From a virus (taxonomy: Duplodnaviria > Caudoviricetes): a DNA stretch of 64,000 nucleotides. Position numbers and translations under genes: made by a program. Of this stretch, positions 59,801 through 64,000 are shown piece after piece. Each line of letters begins with the position of its first letter. The stretch's first letter is position 1. The stretch covers positions 1 to 64,000 of IMG/VR virus record IMGVR_UViG_3300028048_000068; one strand, 5' to 3'. The notes under the pieces were generated by a model. That model saw nothing but the letters and a program-made list of their open reading frames with translations. It searched no databases and was not told where the DNA came from.

Positions 59801-62800
59801 TGAAGCGTATGACTCAGCAAAACAAGAAACTTCTGAGTTAGCTGATGCAATTGAGCAAGTTAAAACCAATGAAGATGCGTTTGACGGATTGGTAGTAGGC
59901 ACAGCTGCATTTAATGAACAGCTTGTTAATGCTAATGAGCAAATAATGGAACTTATTAAAAAGTATCCAATGCTTAATGACTATTTAACTACAGATAAGA
60001 ATGGTCTTATGCACATTAGTGGTGAAGGTCTTAATGCGGTTAAAGAATATCAAAAGCAACGTCAAGCTAATGCAAGTGCATTAAATTTAATTCAAACTGC
60101 TGATTTAAATAGTGAAGAATCTCGTCAAAAGGCTCAACAAATGCGTAAGATTAAAGGTACTGATACTACAGAATCTTATAATCAACGCTTAAAAGAAGCT
60201 GATTTAGTCGAACAACAAGCTAAAGCACAACAAGAAATGGCGAAACTAAATGCTGTAAATACAGCTTTAGTTGATAAAGAAATACATAATCGTGAAAAAG
60301 TTTCTGCTATTATGGCAGAACAATATGATGCTCGTAAAAATGCAGTCAATCTTGAGGGTGAATCAATTCATGACTTAAAACAAGAATATGCTGATTTTTA
60401 TGGCTATAAATATGATAAATCTACAAAAAAACTTACTGATGTTGAAGGTAATGAAATTGATGTAGATAAAGATACCATTAAAGATGCAGTTAAAGAAATT
60501 AGGGTTATTACTAATTTCGAGGCAGATGGTAAATCACTTGATAGTATGCTTAATAGCATTGATAGCAAATTTAGCAATGCTTTAGGTGATACTTTTGCAG
60601 AATCTGGAAATTTATTTAGTGATATTATGTCTAATAATATTGATATAGATAGTGATTTATTAGAAAATCTTATCACTAATCCAGATAAATTACAAAGTGC
60701 TGTTGATGCTTTAAGTGAAAAAGAAATAGCTGCAGTACTTGGAGTTAGTGCCGATGCTGTAGCAGAAGCTCCTGATAAATATAAGAATGAATTAACTGAT
60801 AAATTAGCTGAAAAAGCAACCAATATCGCTGAAACTCAAGCTCAGTCTTACGCAGATTTGGCATCGATGCTCGCGCAAACTACTTCTGCTGATGTAAGTC
60901 AATTAATAGATGAAAATGGACAAGCTACCACAAAAGCACAAAAAGCTAATCAACAAGCAATTAAAGAACAATTAGATAAATTAACTACAGAGCAAAAAAA
61001 TACTTTATCATCTATAGGTAATGCTTTATCTGAAGGTGCTGGTGTTGAAACTATGCGTACCTTCATAAAACAAGCAACAGATATTTATACCAAAGGTACA
61101 CAAGAATCTATTACTGCTTTAGATAGCATTATCAAAGATGTTAATTGGAGTAGTCCTACTGCTAGATTAAAAGCATATAATGATATGATTAAGTCAGCAG
61201 ATAAGGATGTTCAAAATTTAGGAAATAGTTTACGTAATTCTAGTGAGTCTTCAAACTTATTAGGAGAAGCTTTTGAAGAATTCTACGATAGTTCAGATTT
61301 TCAAGAAATGGCAGAAAATATGGACAAATTTGCGGATTCTTCAGGTAAGCTTAATGCTTCTTCTATTCAAGAAATGGCTAAAGAGTGCGGTTCGCTCAAT
61401 AATTTACTTGATACTGGCGCCATTTCAGCAGGTGGAGTCGCTGCGGCCCTTAATGCAATGGGCGCAGATGGTAATATTACCATTCTTGATTTAAATGAAA
61501 ATTTACTTAAGTTCTTATCAACTGCAAATCAATTAGAAGATACGTTAGCGGAAGCTCATTCGTTAATTGAAAACTTTGATTGGGGTGTAGATACTGGAGA
61601 GTCAGAAGATTTCGCTAAAGAATCTACTAAAAAATGGAAAGAACTTTATGACAATGGTGAATTTGGTAATCAACAATTAGAAAATTATGCTAAGTTTGTT
61701 CTAGGTCAAGAACGTTGGAATAATGAATTAGAAAAATCTGGCGGTAATATTGAAAAAGCATTAAATAATATGTCTGGAGACATATTAAAATATTCTGATG
61801 GTTTTGAGCAGGCCTGGGTTGATATGGCTAATTCTAGCGCCATTCAAGATGTTCATTATGGTGAAGGTGGAGATATCATTTGGGATACCAAGGGTAAAAC
61901 CACTCAAGAATTAGTAGATTGGCTTGCTGAAACTAGGGGAATTACGCAAGAATGGGCAAAGTTGATGGTTGAAGACTTTGCAAATTATTCTTATGATTTT
62001 AAAACCGAATTAGCCGCTAATGATTTTAATGCTGCTTTAAAAAATGGCGATTACATTACTAGTCGTAAAGGTGCAGATGGCAATATTAATATAACCCAAG
62101 GTGAAATTCAAACACTTGCCGCAGCGCAGAATAAAACAGAGCAAGAAATTACAGCGGCGATAGCCAAATCTGCTGGCATTGCTGAAGATGAATTAAATAT
62201 TATTAAAAATATTGATGAAAAAGGTAATGTTTTAATGGGTACTGGTGACATAGCTTCACTTAATACTCAGTATAGTCAAGCAGAATTAGGCAAAAATACT
62301 ACTGCTTCTTGGATTTCTCAATATGTTGCACAAACTCGTCAAGGCCAAAGTATTGAAGGGTCAACAGATTTAAAGGCTGCCATTAGTGGAGCAATTGCTG
62401 ATGGGTTCCAAGCAGAACAAGCCAATGAAATGGCTCGTACTGAAGCTCTAAAAGCAATTGAAAATGGTGCACAGGTATTTTATGATGGAGTAGAGCTACA
62501 AAAAGAAGATTTAGCTGATTCACAAGCATTTGCTGATAAGATAACTGAAATAACAGAAAACTCACGTTGGAATGCTGTTGGAGAAGCTATTGCTCAAGGA
62601 TATATTTCCTATATTAAAGGTACTGAAAATCCTAATCAGCCTAATGATTCTAATCAAAGCGGCACTAGTGATTGGGAGCCTGCAAGTTATGGTAATAAAG
62701 GTTCTAATTTTACTATTGGAACACCTACAGAAGACCCGAAAGAAGAAGCTCGAAAAGCTGCAAAGGAAAAGTTTGATTCGTGGATACAAGGATTAAAAGA

Positions 62801-64000
62801 GGGAACAAATACACCTACCGAAGACCCTAAAGTTGCTGCAGGTGAAAAATCAAGACAACAATGGTCTGATTTGTGGACTTCAGTTAAACAAGCATTTACT
62901 GAAGGTACCCCTACTGAAGACCCTAAAGTAGAAGCAGCAGAAAAAGCTCGTACAACTTGGAAAAATATTTGGGATGGAGTTAAACAAGCTTTTAATACTC
63001 CAACTTCTACCCCTGAACCTAAACAACCGCAACCACAAAACAATACTGGACAATCAACAGTACAAAATCAAGAAGCTACAGTAACTATACATACTGAAGA
63101 CTCTGAATTAGATGCTACCAAAACTAAAATTGATACTGTAATAGAAGCTGCTTCTAAACCACAAACAGTTACAATTACTGCAAATACAGGAAAATCAACA
63201 GATACAGCATTAACAAGTATAAATAAAATCAAAGACGCTACAAAAGGCAATAATACTATAAATGTTAGCGCCAAGGTTAAAGGTAAAGATGATGTTAATA
63301 ATCTAGGGTCAATAATTACTAATGTAAAACCTAAAACCATCAGTGTTACAGCCAATGTTAGTGGTGCAAGTAAAGTTACTTCTTTAAAAAACGAAATTAG
63401 TAATTTAAAAGACAAAGACGTTTATATTACTACTCATAAGAAAACTGTAAATGATAAACCTAGTGGGGCCAAAGGTATTAACAATCATATTGCTCCACGT
63501 CGAAGTCTATCACTTGGCTCTTTAGCCTCTGGTACTCGTTATGGCAGATTAGGTCCTAAAGGACGTGGTGGTTTAACCCTTACTGGTGAAGAAGGGTTTG
63601 AGATAGCTTGGTTACCAAGTGAAAGTCGTTCAATGATACTCGGCGCTGACGGACCACAGATGATTAGTTTACCATCTGACGCTGTAGTTTATACACATGA
63701 GCAATCTGAAGATATTTTACGGAAACGACAAGAAATTGAAGCGGGTTCTCATGCAGGTAGACATAAAAAAGGTGGCGGTTCAAGTTCGGGTTCAGGCTCT
63801 AAATCTTCCAAAAAAGGAGGAAAGAGTAAAAAGGGTAAATCTAAAAAGAAAAAAGATAAAAAAGATAAAACTCCTACAATTAATAATTGGTCAATTGAAG
63901 AAGCTGTTCAATACAATATTGACCAGTCCCTTGCATCAATAACTGAAGAAATTTCTCTCCGTACCAAAGACATCGAAAAGAATCTCGAAAAAATTGGTAC
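56898..64000 (+). CDS. tail tape measure protein (partial, >2300 aa)
   Basis: GGAGG RBS, MSDQVIGVTIKG...; no in-frame stop noticed to the window end; Ala/Gln-rich helical tape-measure core; absent from ORF track because truncated. Confidence 0.9.
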   Translation, partial: MSDQVIGVTIKGIGDFSDVVSNVGSVQKALAKLKLPDKLGDSLNKNITAFYKEYEKYQKKITEGVKTQGDYNQVEKSLNNMRSLYQAIGKDAQKLTQLDMKDMLNLDTGEVKKIMDELTSVVKQIGSVKIDTTPFTKAFADIRSITKNSKISGDNGLLSQIIGSVNTGQIAAAKKQLQELENYAKKVAPRTTETGARMPGTLSAEKYQQLTAAIGVMNGAVAQAEAAMNPLIERQNDLQKELDETKQKAAQGIKNEFDGYNQASNQVDNLTESLKRMHQEEFNFNRQATDISRQIQQYFGLTQIIRKVGDIARDAFATVKELDAAMTQTAVVTNFSVGDMWDMLPTYTAQANQLGSTIKDVYEAATLYYQQGLNTNQAMSLANETLKMARIAGLGAADATNMMTAALRGFNMEINQQSAQKINDIYSELAAITASDTKEIGSAMERTASIANSANMEFATTSAFLAQMIETTREAPENLGTAMKTIVARFQEMKQDPTKLIDSEGVAMDANKVDKALKTIGVNLMNTKGEFRDLDDVFLEIASKWNSLSQGQQRYIATIAAGSRQQSRFIAMMSNYERTMELVDAANNSAGASQRQFEKTLDSMEAKLNKLKNAWDQFTMGLMNNQILKFGVSALTEGFTIINKFIDILGKIPPKPFEGVTKSLLTLVSTVGLLKLGGRGASAISGGIFGWLGGEGFSKGFNAGWARPGKNNQPGGETNKPTNGIIKQSQFSAPIVKDINSGKIANAIVQQFNKAKQQINSIPWNTTIAVDNLIDQSALTAEGKEAGHKLWLSIQQEVNNGTLKPELATIAFQNRFQGNIDFTQLSGEEERVEQLSSRFDGLGTKISSAGMSLQQFGSVLQGTPLEPFGNFLTRIGTLMVTVGDTAVKVGRKLVTAFMKAKTASVAAGGGLSGLKAGASAFIGVFTKIPPHILLIIAAIAAAIAVVHHFATANKRALEAVTDAAAAASEAYDSAKQETSELADAIEQVKTNEDAFDGLVVGTAAFNEQLVNANEQIMELIKKYPMLNDYLTTDKNGLMHISGEGLNAVKEYQKQRQANASALNLIQTADLNSEESRQKAQQMRKIKGTDTTESYNQRLKEADLVEQQAKAQQEMAKLNAVNTALVDKEIHNREKVSAIMAEQYDARKNAVNLEGESIHDLKQEYADFYGYKYDKSTKKLTDVEGNEIDVDKDTIKDAVKEIRVITNFEADGKSLDSMLNSIDSKFSNALGDTFAESGNLFSDIMSNNIDIDSDLLENLITNPDKLQSAVDALSEKEIAAVLGVSADAVAEAPDKYKNELTDKLAEKATNIAETQAQSYADLASMLAQTTSADVSQLIDENGQATTKAQKANQQAIKEQLDKLTTEQKNTLSSIGNALSEGAGVETMRTFIKQATDIYTKGTQESITALDSIIKDVNWSSPTARLKAYNDMIKSADKDVQNLGNSLRNSSESSNLLGEAFEEFYDSSDFQEMAENMDKFADSSGKLNASSIQEMAKECGSLNNLLDTGAISAGGVAAALNAMGADGNITILDLNENLLKFLSTANQLEDTLAEAHSLIENFDWGVDTGESEDFAKESTKKWKELYDNGEFGNQQLENYAKFVLGQERWNNELEKSGGNIEKALNNMSGDILKYSDGFEQAWVDMANSSAIQDVHYGEGGDIIWDTKGKTTQELVDWLAETRGITQEWAKLMVEDFANYSYDFKTELAANDFNAALKNGDYITSRKGADGNINITQGEIQTLAAAQNKTEQEITAAIAKSAGIAEDELNIIKNIDEKGNVLMGTGDIASLNTQYSQAELGKNTTASWISQYVAQTRQGQSIEGSTDLKAAISGAIADGFQAEQANEMARTEALKAIENGAQVFYDGVELQKEDLADSQAFADKITEITENSRWNAVGEAIAQGYISYIKGTENPNQPNDSNQSGTSDWEPASYGNKGSNFTIGTPTEDPKEEARKAAKEKFDSWIQGLKEGTNTPTEDPKVAAGEKSRQQWSDLWTSVKQAFTEGTPTEDPKVEAAEKARTTWKNIWDGVKQAFNTPTSTPEPKQPQPQNNTGQSTVQNQEATVTIHTEDSELDATKTKIDTVIEAASKPQTVTITANTGKSTDTALTSINKIKDATKGNNTINVSAKVKGKDDVNNLGSIITNVKPKTISVTANVSGASKVTSLKNEISNLKDKDVYITTHKKTVNDKPSGAKGINNHIAPRRSLSLGSLASGTRYGRLGPKGRGGLTLTGEEGFEIAWLPSESRSMILGADGPQMISLPSDAVVYTHEQSEDILRKRQEIEAGSHAGRHKKGGGSSSGSGSKSSKKGGKSKKGKSKKKKDKKDKTPTINNWSIEEAVQYNIDQSLASITEEISLRTKDIEKNLEKIG

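Noticed and set aside
57798-63942. Short ORFs listed within 57-64 kb
   Set aside because: Antisense or alternative-frame shadows of the tape measure gene.

Overview
64 kb of a large, AT-rich tailed phage genome (long-tailed siphovirus-type structural module). The host is probably a Firmicute of the Clostridia type, inferred from sigma-A promoters, AGGAG RBSs, and Firmicute-type LexA and Rex operator sequences. Layout: (i) 1-1.4 kb, leftward small-gene cassettes; (ii) 1.7-29.8 kb, rightward accessory region with an ATP-dependent DNA ligase, 5 free-standing homing endonucleases, several large structured non-coding segments (one GOLLD-like), 28 tRNA genes covering all 20 amino acids, RtcB, a protein-kinase-like ORF and a PPP-type phosphatase; (iii) 29.8-40.7 kb, a repeat-rich block of leftward small early-type genes whose spacers carry repeated Rex-box / GC-palindrome / LexA-box cassettes; (iv) 41.6-64 kb, the late module (terminase split by a group I intron with an HNH gene, portal, protease/scaffold, major capsid, neck, tail tube, and a tape measure gene running off the window). 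The strongest novelty candidates are a 40-codon, 19-amino-acid leader ORF with a terminator/antiterminator switch in front of the main tRNA operon (a putative attenuator sensing tRNA depletion), an array of host-repressor operator cassettes, and systematically remodelled tRNAs. All calls are by eye; no database searches were run.
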